Shown here piece after piece: positions 1-13,940 of a stretch of DNA of 64,000 nt; the stretch's first letter is position 1; each line of letters opens with the position of its first letter. The position numbers and the translations under genes were made by a program. The notes beneath the pieces were generated by a model. The model was not told the DNA's origin. It made no database searches and was given only the letters and a program-made list of their open reading frames with translations. This DNA comes from Bugula neritina (lineage: Eukaryota > Animalia > Bryozoa), in contig OZ037766.1 in the NCBI GenBank assembly GCA_964035545.1, positions 25,220,139 to 25,284,138 of the forward strand, in the 5' to 3' direction.

Positions 1-3000
1 TCTCTATCCGTAGTGTTGTAGCCACACCGGTCGCAGGAGAACTTTACATTTTGAGGTCGCTTGAAGGTAAAACCCTTCTTAGACGGGTGATGAAGTATAA
101 CGGCTCTCGGCTCAAGTCTGTGTGAAATAACGGTGTGCCTGTCCAATGTATATTTGTACTGTGTTCTCACTACGCACAGCTTACAGCGATACGGGCGGTG
201 TCTGAAGTGAACCCTATTGAGATGCAATGTAACCTGAGAATTCACACAGCTAGTAAATGTACAAAGGGGGCAGGTGTGAGACTTTGATGTTTGGGGATGT
301 CCTTCGAGTTCTATAGCTTCCTACAAGAGCAAAATTACAGATTTTAAACCTTCAAAAGAAATTCACACATTCTGTAACTTGAAGCTGCTGCAGCCAAGAA
401 TATCATTCTCAATTCACCTTTTCTGCCTGTGAAGCCTTTTGTTCATTCATCTTGATTTTCCAGACTGGTAGCTTTCCACGGCGATCATTGGCTGGCAAGG
501 AGCCACCAGCAGTGGACGGCGAAGAAGCCGTTTTAGTTGTGGGAGAAGTTTGCTTACTGGTGGGTTTGTTTTGCTCAGTTGTGGGTTGATTTTTCTCAGT
601 TGTGGGTGAATTGCATTCGGTAGTGGGAGCGTCCTGCTCAACTTCTTCCTCAGAGAAAATAACCTGTTCATTTTCTGATAAGACAGCTTCCTCGATGACA
701 TCGCCAGTCTGATATAAAGACTCGCCGCCTGCAAGAAAACAAACTCACAAGATTGATTTGTATTCCAAAATGAATATCCAACAGTTAAAGAAAAAATGGA
801 CATGCCACTGATTAGTAAAACAGTGAGAACTGACTAATAGGAAAGGGCCAGCCTACCTTCCTGGGACGCATAGCCTTCCACCAGGTTAGCAATAGTGTGG
901 ACTTCTTTGTGCTCAGCGAGAGCCTCCTTGGACACGGCACTGAACTGACAATCACTGCAGCTAAAAAATTCAGTTTTTTAAATAAGAACATATATATTAT
1001 ATAACCCATTAATTTTTTTTCACAAAAAATTGTAAATGTGGAATAATGATAAATTTATAATGCATAGTTGCCATGGAGAGGCTCTACTACTCTAATCATT
1101 ATCAACAGCCTCCTTCCAATCAATATGTCAAAAAATTGGGCATTTCATAAATTGAAAAAAGCTTTGCTGCGTTAATGTAACTTTACTAGAAATCTCCTAA
1201 TCAAGTCAAGAACCGCCAATAAAAAATCAAAACCCAGTGTCAAGTTAGACAGGTGCACTACTCAAACAGCCCCACAGCTGCACAGCATATAAGATAATAT
1301 TAAACTGTACAATTAAACTGTACACAACAACACACCTGTAGATTACTATTGGAAGTCTCCCACCAGCGTCGCCGTCTTCACCTTTTTCTTCATTAGAATC
1401 ACCGCCATCTCCAGAGCTACTGTCATCTCCATCAGAATCTCCGTCACTCCCATCATCCCCTGAGGAGTCATCTACATCCACCTGGAGAGAAAGCGTGTGA
1501 CTTATGAATAAACATCATTCAACACAATATCAAGTTGAGCTAGAATTTGTATTGTAGATTTACAGAATACAAAATATATTTCAAAATGGTATAAACAGTG
1601 TTGACTGCAATTTGCAGTCCAGATTAAGAATGTAGTGCTTGTTTTGCCAGAAACTTTAATTTTGTTCAGAATAAACATAGCCCTCAGGCTAAATAAAATT
1701 CAATGCTTTCAAACTGATTTACCTAAAGAAAACCCACTTTGGCCAGTAATGAGTGTTTCAGCTGTAAATTCAAACTCACCTTTTGCTTCTTAGCTAGCTC
1801 GACGTCCTCTGGGCTGTGCTTCTTGCGAATGTGTCTGTACAGGTTGCTGGAATTGCTGGAGGCAAACTCACATCGGGGACACTTGAACGGCTTGTAGCCA
1901 GTGTGAGTCAACATGTGCGCCTAAACAGTAGCGGCTTTACTAGTAAATATATGCAACTTGATAACAGCAAAACAGATGGGCCTTCAATAGCAGCATATAT
2001 TGAAAGAAAATAATGTTGATACAAGCTAATACTAGAGGAAGGATATAGATATAATAATTAGAAAAGGGAGACTTGCATAAACATTAAAATTTTGAATAGG
2101 CAGGTAATAATTAATTAGTGATATAATTAAAGTTGTCTACATCAACAAAATAATACTGCTGAATAGCACCATATATTTGCTTTTTATCACTAGAAAATAA
2201 ACTGTTGGAACTGCATTACAAAATATGGCTTTCATGCATGCATAGATCTCCACCAGATTACAATTTGTAATTAATTTTGCATCTAAATACAAAAAAGTTG
2301 GTCGATAAAGCACTATCAATTATTTTCAGCAGATAGTTTAAAACCTGCAGTCTATTCCAATCGCTATTGAAGAGTAACTGCACATCACCTAGCCCGTATT
2401 CCTTACCTTCAGTCTGTGAGGGTTGGGAGCAGTATACCCACAATCGTGGCAGCGGTGAGACGTCTTACCGACAGCGTGCTGCTTCATGTGTGTCTCCAGC
2501 CAGGTCTCGTGGTTGCAAGAGAAATCACACTGGGAGCAGTGAAGTTTGTCGGTAGATCTGCTCTGCATGGAGGAGACGGAGAGGGAGTTGAGACTGGAAG
2601 AGCGGCTAGACGGTCGTCTCTGCGTCTGCTTCTCTTCTTGAAACGTCTGAATATAAAACACTTACTGTATACTTACACTTACTGTATACTTACACTTACT
2701 GTATACTTACACTTACTGTATACATACACTTACTGTATACTTACACTTACTGTATACTTACATTTACTGTATACTTACACTAGTTGCCTACTACATACAT
2801 ACATTAACTAAAATATCGCGTAAAATTTACTTGTACAACTGTTGATACAGTTAAGCCTAACTTAACAAAAGCTAATTAATGGCAACCTACGACTAAACAT
2901 GTGACTGTTGCAAATACACGGACAAGGGGTATTACACTGTTAGAAAAAATTCAACTACAAACACTTCTACTTGTCCTAATTGATGCAAAATAAGATGCAA

Positions 3001-6000
3001 AGAGGTAACTATAAAACTTATGCAGCATCCAATATCAGATCTTAGTGATCTACATATTAAAGATATCTTGTCACCTACATAGTTCCCATTAGAAAAATAC
3101 GTGTAGCAGGAAACAATACCTTTTAATCTAAGGAATTGAAAAGTTTTACAGACACAATACACTAGAATAATACAGTAATACGTCTTGAAACTCTCTCCCC
3201 CCCCCCCCCCCCTACATTGTGGGATAATTTGTATATTATACAAAATAACATAATGTCTGAAACCACCGAGTCTGAACATCTATAATGATAAGAAAAAAGT
3301 TTTACGTGGCAGAAAACTTTTCAAATTAGCAACTCATGTCTCCAGGAACATTGATCTCTGCATTAACAGCAAACTCAAACTGACCTCTTCCATGTCAGAG
3401 CCTTCCAGGAACTCCTCGTCAACGCGCTTGGACGCCATTCTCCTCTCCCGACTTCTAGCAAGAGTTTTAGATGTTTCACCGGGCGAGGACTGTCGGCGCC
3501 GCTTTACTCTCTATTAAATCAGAATAGTTATAGAACTGAGTTTATAGAGCTCAGTACATACAAGGCCAACACGCCAGGCCACTGGCAATGCCCATGAACA
3601 GACATGGCAGTTCATGTCCAGTCACAGTGATTATAATATTTTTTCAACTTGCTTTTGGGCCGTATTTGAAAAGGTCAGTCTAAATCCAAACACAGCTCAG
3701 ACTGACATGAGTATTGCAAAACACAGCCATGTAAATCTACATGTAAATTGTCATCTACATGAATGGAGCAGCCCAGCTACTAACTGATCTACCAAACCCT
3801 CCAAAAAAGTGATAGGAAGAAAGGATTACCTCCCCTTGGTGAGTAGAAGTGCTGCTGTCGCTGTCTGAGTTGACAGACCCGTTCTCCTGATGACCTCTCA
3901 TGTGTTTGACAAACAGTGACCTGTCCATCGTGCTAAAGTTACACTGAGTGCACACCTTAGGTTCATGGGTTGAGTAATGTCTCTTCAAATTGTTGATCCA
4001 CTAAATATAGAATCACAATAGTTGATCAATTAAACATATGCTACTACTACTAGTACTACTACTGTTACTAGTACTACTATTAGTACTGTTACTATTAGTA
4101 CTGTTACTAGTACCGCTATTAGTAGTACTGTTACTAATACTACCATTAGTACTGCTACTAGTAGTAATGCTAGTACTGTTACTAGTACCGCTACTAGCAT
4201 TGCTACTAGTGGTAGTACTTACTAACACTGCTACCACTTTGACTAACATAACAACCATCATTACTATCACTGTCACTACTAGTATTACTAGACGTACTAC
4301 GCCACTAATAACCTTGGAAATGCAACAACTGCTGCTTCTACAGAAACTATTGAAGGTATTAGCACCACTGGAACTATTGTAGGTATAAGTAACAATGAAA
4401 CTCACAGTAGTTTTGTAGCCACACACGTCACAGGTCATTATTCCTCCTTTATCACGCTTTACCGACATAAGAGATGAAGGCCCTACCTGTTCAACATAAT
4501 ATAAAACATACTATATTATTATAGTATTAATAATCAGCATTTATACAAAAAATTACATATCAAAAGCAGAACTTTACAACCCAATTGAGAATAGCTTACG
4601 ATAAAGTAACTGAAAAATGTATCACGTGTAGGAAGATGGCACCTTGCCATAGTTATTGGAAGCTGGCCAGTAACAACTACTAAATAGATACTGCCAATAT
4701 AAACTAGGAGTTGTCTTTCTACAAGCCAATACAGAAACTACGCCTGTGTAAGCAACTCTAAACACATAAACCAAGCAGCTCAGTAAAGGCAGCACATGGT
4801 GTGACAATTCTAGCTTCTAACTACTTTAATAATTCTCTCAGTTACTAAAGGAACTTTCAACAGTGTTAACAGGATAGCCATTCTTCCCAGACAGAAAAAC
4901 CTGAGCGATATTTCCCCAACTGACTTACGCACAGTTAAATAATATTTGTACGATACTTTGTTGACAGACAGGTGCAGGGTTGTAATCCAAGTGGAATGAA
5001 ATCTTGGTACAACAAGCCACAAATCAGCTTACCCTAGGTTTATACGGCCTGGATTTCACGGGTTTCTCTTTGGGAGGAGGGGGCGTGGCCAGTGTCTCCC
5101 GATCAGCCATCACCTTCCCAGGGTGAGCAGACTGTAATGTAGCAATACAAGGTGTATGCTGTATATTTTAACTGTGTCATAGCATTGGACAAGAAATTTT
5201 AAAAACCAGGTAAAGCATCACAACAACTGTGTTTAATATTACGACTTCCCAACACAATCATAACAGTGTAAGATCTCAAGAGTATGCAATTACAGGCTAG
5301 AAAGGTATTGTCTGCAAAGAAAACTCCTGAACAAGAGGGATAAATACAAAATTACTCAGCAAAACTAAAACCGTGACAGGAGCACATTGATAAAGGTCAT
5401 TAGCTAACTATCGGCTTCCCCAATAATAATAATTACGCACACAAGATGTATAGTGGGAATTAAAATAGCTAAAAATACAATTGAAGACATGTTTTTTCAA
5501 AACAAACTTGTTAGCAAAAAGTGATGTCTTAATTAAAACAATTTAGGGACTGTATGACAAAAGAGTGACTCAGATTGGGACAAGGAAGGATGCAGAAATG
5601 AACAGATAGACGGGCAAAAATGGAATGCCAACCTTGTGGTGCCTCTTTAAATTGCCGAACAAGTTGGACGTGTAGGTACAGTACTGACAGAACAGGTAGT
5701 CATATTTACTGTTGTTGTGGGACACCATATGCTTGGCCAGCGAATGGGGATTCGGCGTTGCGAATGCACATTTCTTACAGCGCAGCATATACACTTGCTT
5801 TGCCTACAACAGTATAAGACTGTGTATTGTATCAGAAACACCTGGTATTTATACATTAGCTGAAGCACCATCACTTTCATGCATATCACATTATTATTAA
5901 AGGAAAAAACTAGATGTCTTTTAGAAATCGCATTATAAAAACTACAATTACCAAAAAAATAATGGCGTTAATCTTGATTTTTCTCCTCAAAGCATAAAAT

Positions 6001-9000
6001 AAAAAAAAACATGGATAAATGAACACTGAACTTCTGTACTAAAAATTGAGATTTTGGGAAGAGAAAATTATGATAGTTTCCTTTTGCAAAAATATGAAGA
6101 CTTTAGGTTTGCAATTATAGCCAAAAATATTAAATTTAATCATTGTTTTGGGTCTTTATTTACTAAATTTTCCATTCAAAGTAAAGTGGTAATAGGTTAC
6201 TTGCACCTTGCTGTGCATCAGCCAACCAAGTAGACTTATATACTGGAAGAGAATGGCTATTGCAGCAGCTAACTACATCAATCGATTGATGACCAACTTC
6301 TCCCTACTAGTACAAGTGAGGTAGATTCAACTGTTCCCAAGGGACTTGGACAAACAACAGAGCAGTAACCGGACATATAAATCTACTAGTCAGTCCCATG
6401 GTGACCAACTGGTAGAAATATCAGGACATATGTTATGTAATATGCTAGCAACTGACCTTTGGTGGTTCGACCTTCACCTTCTTCGGCTCCGGTTTAGTTG
6501 GGTTAGTGGAGGAGGCTTTTGGCTCATACTCGCTAAAATATGGAATGCAGAAGTGAGTAAGGTGGGAATCACACAAACTGTAGTGTAAGTTTTAGAGGCT
6601 AATTTAGGGAATAAAAGGATTGTGCAGAAGAAAGTACTCAGCCTACATTAAAGGCAAAGGAAATCTGGTGAAGAAACACTATCTGTACTAGACTGCTGAC
6701 TAAGCAAGCAGCCTAGATACAAGCTATTGCTACTCAACATCTCTATCGTTTAAGACTGGAAACGTTCAAATACTACCATCCTGACACACACAATGCCAAT
6801 CCAAAACACTGCTGCCTTTTTACAGCACATAATTTTATTATCATAATAAATAAATCACTATCTCCTTGGTGCCAAAACACTGTATCCAATCAAACAGCAC
6901 TGCCAGCAAGAGAGAAGGCAAGACTTACCCAGCGTCAACTTTATCCCGGTGAGAATGTTGGACATGTTTGTTGAGCTGGTAGTCGTTGCTGCAAGAGTAG
7001 TTACAGAACTGACACGTGATACCATAGTTCTTGGTGTGGCGCTCCATGTGTCTCCTGTAGTTGGTACTGTGGTCTGTGCCGTAGTTACACTGGGAACACT
7101 TGTACTGTTTCTCCCCAGTGTGTGAATTTATGTGTTTGTTCAACTAGAAACACATTGTGCACAAAACCTTATACTATTTGAGATTAATCAACTTTAAATT
7201 TAGAGTTTAATTCAAACGTCTACAATAAACTAATGCTGAGTTAAAATAAGGTGCCTCATGGTAACAACAGCTTATTGGATACATAAGTTTATTAGAGAGT
7301 ACTCCCACAGGCTATAAAAATATAATTTTTGCATTCAAATCAAAAAAATTTGACCTGATAGCAAATCTTCTGGGTGTTGAGCATCTTGGGTTTCGAGTGA
7401 CTTCCCACTAACTTACACACTCCTACTATTAAATGATCTATCTTTAAATTTGTTTGAGTCAGTTTGACTAAAACCAGGCGAGATGCTTCAGTTGTTTTAT
7501 ATATTTAAATTTACCAAAGCTGGTTTTATGTGACTTTTAAGGAAATACTGCTAACTGAAACTTTGGGAGATTTCTCGATTGGCTTGAAAGCAAAGGAAAA
7601 CAAGAAAACTTACGAAAAAAATCACTTTCATAAGTGCTGGAATAAGATATTTCACTTAAAATCCCAAAATTCAACGACATAACTTGGTTGAATATATAAT
7701 ATATTTGTTGGTTGCATATGTGTTAGTGGGCACAGTATATAACACAAATGGTTTAATTCCCCAAGCCCTTGACATATAACAATTAGTTTCAACTAATAAC
7801 ATGTAACAAGCAGACCATGTGACAAAGAGACAACACTTTGCACAAACCTGAAACTCCATGTTACACTTGAATGAGCACATGGTACAGGAGAAGGGGGGTG
7901 CCGGGGAGGAGGTGTCGTGTATGACTGAGTGGATGTTGAGAGCGTACTCAAAGTCACTGGCGTAAGTACACTCGGGGCATTTGTATTTACCCGTCTGTTG
8001 GTGTGATTCGGATATGTGAGTGTGAATCAGCTCTATAACAGGTAATGAAAGATTAAGAGGGCGTCCCTGGAGGCCCAAACCCCTGCACAAACAATGCTCA
8101 TCTTGCAGCACACGCGGTCACACACGCGCACACACACACACGTACAGAGCACACGCACACACAAAGTTGTGCATATAAATGCAAAACTTTTAGAAAGTGA
8201 AAAGGTTTTAAGATAAAGATGCTCATTAATACCATGTTACCTAAATTGTCATAGTTGGGGCAGACATTGATGAAGGGGAGATAAATCAACTGGGGATAGT
8301 AGCAATTGGCAAGCAATGCAAGCCAGGGGAGGCTGATAATAGAACACAGTGGTGACTCAATGCAATCATTTAAAACGACGCGGTGCACTTAGAATATAGA
8401 CATCATAGTGCAACATATATTATTATCATCATTGTAGACGTTACCTAGATTATATGCACTCTTATCACAATATGGACATAGAAATAACTTAGAAGCTATT
8501 CCAGAACCAAGCAAAGATTTCTTCCTTTTATTCCTGGCCGGCCTTCTGTTCAATTTTTTAGCTGCAAGTAATAGAATATAATAATATTAGTGGTTTATGA
8601 TGCAGTCATACTGCAATAAATGTGTGGTGTTGACTTTTGCTTAATAGTTAATGACAGGAGTGTGTTCAGCTTAGGATAAACTGCTCTTCTTACATCATTG
8701 TAAGACATAATATTCAACACTGAGTTGGGAGACTAGTAAGCATTAGACAGTCTATAGCATGGGTGCTCAACCTTTTTTGGGAAAAGGCCACTAGAAAGCA
8801 GAAAGTTCAGTGTCAATCTCACTGTCAAAACTCTCCATGTATTTTAATTAAAGCCTATTTTCAAATTTGATATGTATTTATTGATGTCTGGTAAAAATGA
8901 CACAGGTAAAAATGAAACAGGTAAAAATGGCACAGGTAATAATGCCACAAGTGACAAAGTACGTAAAGATGGCACATTTTCAATATTGGGGTTTAGGGTG

Positions 9001-12000
9001 GGGGTTGGGGATTTGGAATGGGGGTTTTGGGTTTGAGAAAATTTTACATCAGTTTGCCATTTTTACCTACTTTCCATTTGTGCCACTATTACCTGTGACA
9101 TTTTTACCGTGCCATTTTTATCTGAGACATTTTTACCTAAAACCATACTTATTTTATGAAAAAAAAGATTCAGGAGAATAACTTGATTTGTTCATGAAAG
9201 TAAGAATTTCTCTGTACATTGAACAGAACACAGTATGGTTTGATAATTTGGTTCAATGCCGATATGTGAAGGATATCGGCCAGATAGGAGTATGTTAGCC
9301 TCAATTTGAATTTGCTTTTGACATACCCCATTCGAGAGAATAACTGTTCCCACCAATATGTGCTAGCAGCCATGATTTATATGGTAAACTTGAGAATTAG
9401 TAAAAAGCAAAATTGAGGAAGGATTGAACCTGAACTAAATTTGTATTTTACTAAGAGACCAAAAGGCCACATTTACCAGCTCAAAAAGCCGCCAAAAGTC
9501 TAAAGGCCGCAGGTTGAGCATCGCTGGTCTATAGCATGAGGGATGGTTTAGGAAAACCATTTAATTCATGTATTTGTATCATGATCAGTGTGAAAACATG
9601 TGTTTGTTTTGAATCTACAGTTTATTCGCAGAAATTAAATTAAAAAATACTGTTAGTGTTGTTTACAGTTGTTTACAGCCAATTATAATCCTATGTTTTT
9701 AGCGAGGTGTGCTACTATGGTTACTAATGTCGATTAGGAATGCAATCAATAACATGAAAAAATACTATTTTATGAAAATAGTATAAAAACTGTTCAACAA
9801 GGATCATGGCATTTTAATGATGGAAATACAAAATCAATAAAACTGGCATTAATCATGTAGAACATACGTAACTAATAGTTCTTGAATAAAAGCATGTTTC
9901 ATAAAATCTTTGTTTCGCAGTTGTTCAGGACAGTATTAAAAACTGTTATTTAAAGGCTACTTCAATTATACTTAATAATAAACCTAAGACTCTTGTTTTC
10001 AGTGATGTTAAAATACTAAAATTTAGAGATATTTTAATCTTCCACTGAACATACTAAAATATCTATTCACGAACTCTCAGAACAAAAAAAAATTTCCAGC
10101 CTCATTTGAACTAAAACAATAATAACTACTTTGAACTAAAACTACTTGATATGTTTCTGGCCTGAAGTTTAAAAAACAACACCCCAGCCTCCATAATAAA
10201 AAAATCTGAGTCACAAACAAAGGCTAGCAGAATTGCTTTTCAATAAGAAATGCGATTTTGAAAATATTCACCATCACTCTACTCAGAGGAACATTGTTAG
10301 TTGAGTACAATGAATTAAATAATGAAATAAGGTATCTAAAGAAGACCTACCAGGCCCCTTATTGTGAGTAGATTTCTTCTTAGGTTCCTCAGGCTCCGAG
10401 ATCACAGGGCTATCAGCATCTGAATACAGAGAACAAGCTAATGAGCAATGACATAATATAATTATAATTAAATCCTCCATCTCTTTTTTATTTTGCATTT
10501 GAGCAATTAGATCTCAAACTTAGTCAAATAACTTCATCACTTTTGCACTGACCGCAGATATTTCCATATGCTGATATTTTCCTACCTCCAAGGTCCGAGT
10601 CTTCACTATCATCTGAATCAATCAGCTTTCCAACTTCTTCGTCTTCTTCACTCATTTCAGCTTCTTCCTGGTTATCGAGGGGCACTGAAAATACACCACC
10701 GTGCATATATGGGGCCAACAGCTGTGCTTCTCAGAACAGGGGGTAGCACAATACACCACTGAAGCTCATCCAATGTCGAGTACATGAAATTATTTTTATA
10801 TACATTAATATTTAGCAGAAAGATTAAAATCTATCATTATACCCAGAAAAGAAAACAATACTGCATAAAGATATCAGCATAAAAAGAAGCTAGTAAAAGC
10901 CCCAGGAAAAAGTGGACTAGTCATTCTACAACAACACTTGATACTGAAACCACAAGCTATTCTTCTGTTTAAACCCCAACCTGGACATTCTGTCTGTTCA
11001 GGTGAATCTTCAGCAACAACCTCTTCGCCACCTAGGATTACCTGCTCATCGTTACCTGTAGAAAATTTACATATAATTACTCGTTCAAATTACCTGTAAA
11101 TTACTTATGAAGAAGTACCTGTTTGTTACCTGTAGGAAACTTAAACAGATCAGCCCATCAAGTGCAGCCTTTAATTAACTTGAACCAATGCAGTTCACTA
11201 ACTAGTGTAGGTTAGTTTGAACGCTCTACATTATTAAATCTTTTAGTTCTTGATTATATTGATTATAGTTGAGTCATAATTGTAACAAGCTGAAGAGATA
11301 TTACTAAGCTATGCTAAAATATCCTAAACACCTAAACTTGAGATGCACCATGTGGCACATTGAATCCTATTAAAACTGACAACTTCAACTTACCAGTGTC
11401 TTTCTTTCTATGGCATGTCTAGTTAAAATTACATGAGAGCAAAACCTAGATTGGCAAGACATTTAATATCATAACTTTTCACTTTGATTGCTAACAATTT
11501 TGTGAGTACACGATATTTATAACCGGGTTAAAGTTTCAACAAAACTTTCTAAAATCTCTAGAAATTTCATTCTTGAAGACTGATTGAAAACTTACATACA
11601 TACTATTTTATAACTAGTACATGTAAACACTCCATCCAACAGTTTAACAATATTAGATAATGAATTACTTTTACTTTTAAAGAAGCACCATTGAGACAAA
11701 AGAAAGAATATACAGATTTGGTTCATTACCCATGAGTACATCATCAGTTCCCATCATGATAATGTTCTGATCAGAATCTTCGCCGTCTTGCATTATTATC
11801 TCGTCTCCACCCAGAACCACATTCTCATCGTCTAGAACCACTTCTGTGACGTACTGTTCATCAGACAGAGGTCTGTCTCTCTCAGGTGACCCACCATCAG
11901 CCAGTAACATCTCTCCCTCCAGTTCAGCTTCATCCACCAACCCACTGCTGGACAGATTCACCTCACCCTGAGCTACCATCACCGCAGAGTCTTCTCCAAT

Positions 12001-12411
12001 ATCCATCTCTTCTGAATCCTGTAAATATAAATTATAGTCCTACTGTTAGCATAACATTAGAAATAATAATGAAGAGCGAGGTATTAGGATTAGGTTAGGA
12101 AATGCAAAAATTTATATACAAGAACGCAATGGTTTGAGGTTAGTAAAATATTATTATAGTCACATTGGTAAAGTTTTAATACATATAAGAAAATATTTTA
12201 GTGTGGGATATTGCATAGCAATTAGACAACTAATTTTCGACAAAACAGGTTTAGTTTTGTACCAGCAAGTGCTAAAGAAACTAGAAGCAGAAGATGACAA
12301 CTGCATTCAGAATATTAGAGAACAGAGTTGGGCCAGACTGTAACTTTACCATACCTCACTATGAACCAGCATAGTAGCAGCGTTAACAATATCAGCTATG
12401 CTGTCAGCCAT
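1..12411 (-). CDS. Multi-C2H2 zinc-finger transcription factor (REST/charlatan-like finger type), 3' end outside the window
   Basis: 20 phase-compatible GT-AG exons: 12411-12355, 12018-11730, 11055-10981, 10684-10586, 10419-10351, 8561-8445, 8032-7848, 7143-6929, 6532-6457, 5803-5633, 5131-5033, 4486-4406, 4000-3830, 3510-3385, 2646-2407, 1920-1780, 1481-1336, 960-857, 728-418, 320-<1 (about 1030 aa). Starts MADSIADIVNAATMLVHSE, then an acidic region and a basic NLS-like stretch (RRPARNKRKK). At least 16 CxxC..H..H fingers, e.g. YKCSQCNYGTDHSTNYRRHMERH, FKCPRCEFASSNSSNLYRHIRKKH, with HTGEKQY and HTGYKPF linkers. Confidence 0.9.
2659..2782. repeat. Intronic minisatellite, about 17-bp unit CACTTACTGTATACTTA
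   Basis: About 7 tandem copies visible. Confidence 0.9.
4038..4300. repeat. Degenerate (TAC/TAG)n low-complexity intronic repeat
   Basis: ctactactactagtactactactgttactagta... runs; explains the spurious poly-Leu and Ser/Thr ORFs. Confidence 0.85.
8758..9526. mobile_element. Non-autonomous hAT (Charlie/Buster-like) element
   Basis: Perfect 8-bp TSD GTCTATAG at 8750-8757 and 9527-9534. Left terminus CATGGGTGCTCAACCT; right terminus reverse-complemented CAGCGATGCTCAACCT. Confidence 0.85.
8885..9147 (+). mobile_element. Foldback/MULE-like MITE (family A) nested inside the hAT element
   Basis: Inverted arms built from about 15-bp subrepeats GGTAAAAATGGCACA / TGTGCCATTTTTACC around a G/T-rich core; homologous to 36610-36854 and 31131-31290. 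Confidence 0.75.
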
Positions 12412-12613
12412 CTTGAATGTTGAGATATTTTAAGGAATGTGGCCTCCTATAAAATAAAAAACAAATGAAAAATGTACATTCGATTATTAAACATTTACCT
12501 CAATTATTAAAATCTCATTTTAAGAAAAATAACTTACTATTTCAAAGTGAGAATGAAAACGAATAAATATTATTTATATAGATATTGAAACAAAATTAGT
12601 GATAATCGAACGC

Positions 12614-12644
<31 letters not shown>

Positions 12645-12899
12645 AGCATTATCAAATTTAATAGCAGTATGATTAGTAAGTAAAGATATGAAAAATTTAG
12701 TTGAACACTCTAATTTTAGAAATGGTTTCTAATTTTTTCAACTTCGACCATTGTAATAACTCATATAAAATTTAACATTTAGTATTACTATCAGTATCAC
12801 TATGATCATACAAATATTTATATGTGTAAATATCACTATGATTATATAAATATTTCATATATGTATATTGATTCTGAATGAGTAACCAGTGATCACTGG

Positions 12900-13545
12900 T
12901 ACAGAAGACGAAGTTGTAGAATTAAAAGTAAATTTAATCACTGCCATTCAGTTTCACTGACAATATTTGTTGAAAATGATGATAATCCTAATGATTTACA
13001 TACTAATACTAATAGTAATAGTATGGGCAATAGTCCTACTAACACTGAAACAGTCCTACTGATGAAGTAAAAGTGTTCTGTGACTGATAGTGATACTGAT
13101 TCACTGATAATTGATAAATAAGATATTTGTTGACAGTCACTTTCAGTCATTGAATTTTTATTCAAAGTGACAAAATTCAATCACAATCACAAGACAATGA
13201 CAATTACCCAGCCTCATGGTCAATGTGAATCTTTGTGATTGTGATACTGATCAGTGATTGTGATACTGATCAGTGATTGTGATACTGATACTTTTTGACT
13301 TTCAGTAATACTAATTACTATTAGTATTAGTAATTGCCACACTCATAGTCAACACCCTACTCTGACTCATAGTCACACTTTGTCTGATACCCATACTCAT
13401 AGTGACACTCATAGTCATACTAATAGTAATGGTGAGTAATAGTAATAGTTACAGTAATACTAATATCAATATTAATACTAATACAGTAATACTAATACTA
13501 ATAGTAATAGAAATACTAATAGTAATACTTAATAGTAATTTACAT
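12900..13545. repeat. Low-complexity AGT/ACT-rich region containing a 19-bp tandem repeat (TGTGATACTGATCAGTGAT, about 13235-13290)
   Basis: Direct inspection; (TA)n also at 12619-12642. Confidence 0.7.
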
Positions 13546-13902
13546 GAAATTCAAATTGAATTTAGCATTCACGAATATAACATGACGCTAAAAAAACCAT
13601 TCAACTTAAATACATTATCAAATATCCTAGAACTGATCTTATATTTTGATTGTTATTTCTTAATTTTAGATCGAGGTGGGTATCGCCATCTGTCATCTCA
13701 ATCTGTGTCTGAGCAGCGAGTTTGGTGGATTGAAAATTGATAGTCATAGACGAGCAAGTTAAGTAAAAAGCAAATCAAAAGTGTCGTAAAAATTACTAAA
13801 ATATTGTACAAAAATTTCAGAGTCAGTCGTTAAAAACATCATTTTATTAAATTGCAAAGTCAAAAGTAAGTGTCTCGTAAAAGTCTTTGACGTTGCACTT
13901 AC

Positions 13903-13940
13903 AAGTTTTAAATTTTAGATCTCGCCATCTTTACTGAAAG
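13903..13940 (-). promoter_or_regulatory. Probable non-coding first exon of the zinc-finger gene, with a YY1-type motif and a short uORF
   Basis: Minus strand reads TTTCAGTAAAGATGGCGAGATCTAAAATTTAAAACTT|GTAAGT. AAGATGGCG (13931-13923) matches the YY1 consensus and a strong donor follows at 13902. The coding exon at 12411 is preceded by an acceptor (TTTTATAG, about 12447). Confidence 0.5.

Noticed and set aside
447-803. 118-aa minus-strand ORF
   Set aside because: Wrong frame; the phase-compatible exon 728-418 reads GGESLYQTGDVIEEAVLSENE...
1067-1080. RFX X-box-like GTTGCCATGGAGAG in a zinc-finger intron
   Set aside because: Single imperfect match far from any evident promoter; cannot be supported.
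2659-2782. Regular repeats that might suggest a CRISPR array (also 25070-25290)
   Set aside because: Head-to-tail tandem units with no unique spacers, in a eukaryotic intron with no cas genes.
4013-4400. Poly-Leu/Val ORF (4038-4382 +) and Ser/Thr-rich extension of ORF 4013-4468 (-)
   Set aside because: Translations of an intronic TAC/TAG repeat; the real exon is 4486-4406.
8897-9181. ORF MTQVKMKQVKMAQV... (also 36572-36925 and 31130-31318)
   Set aside because: Arise from the 15-bp subrepeats of family A MITE arms.
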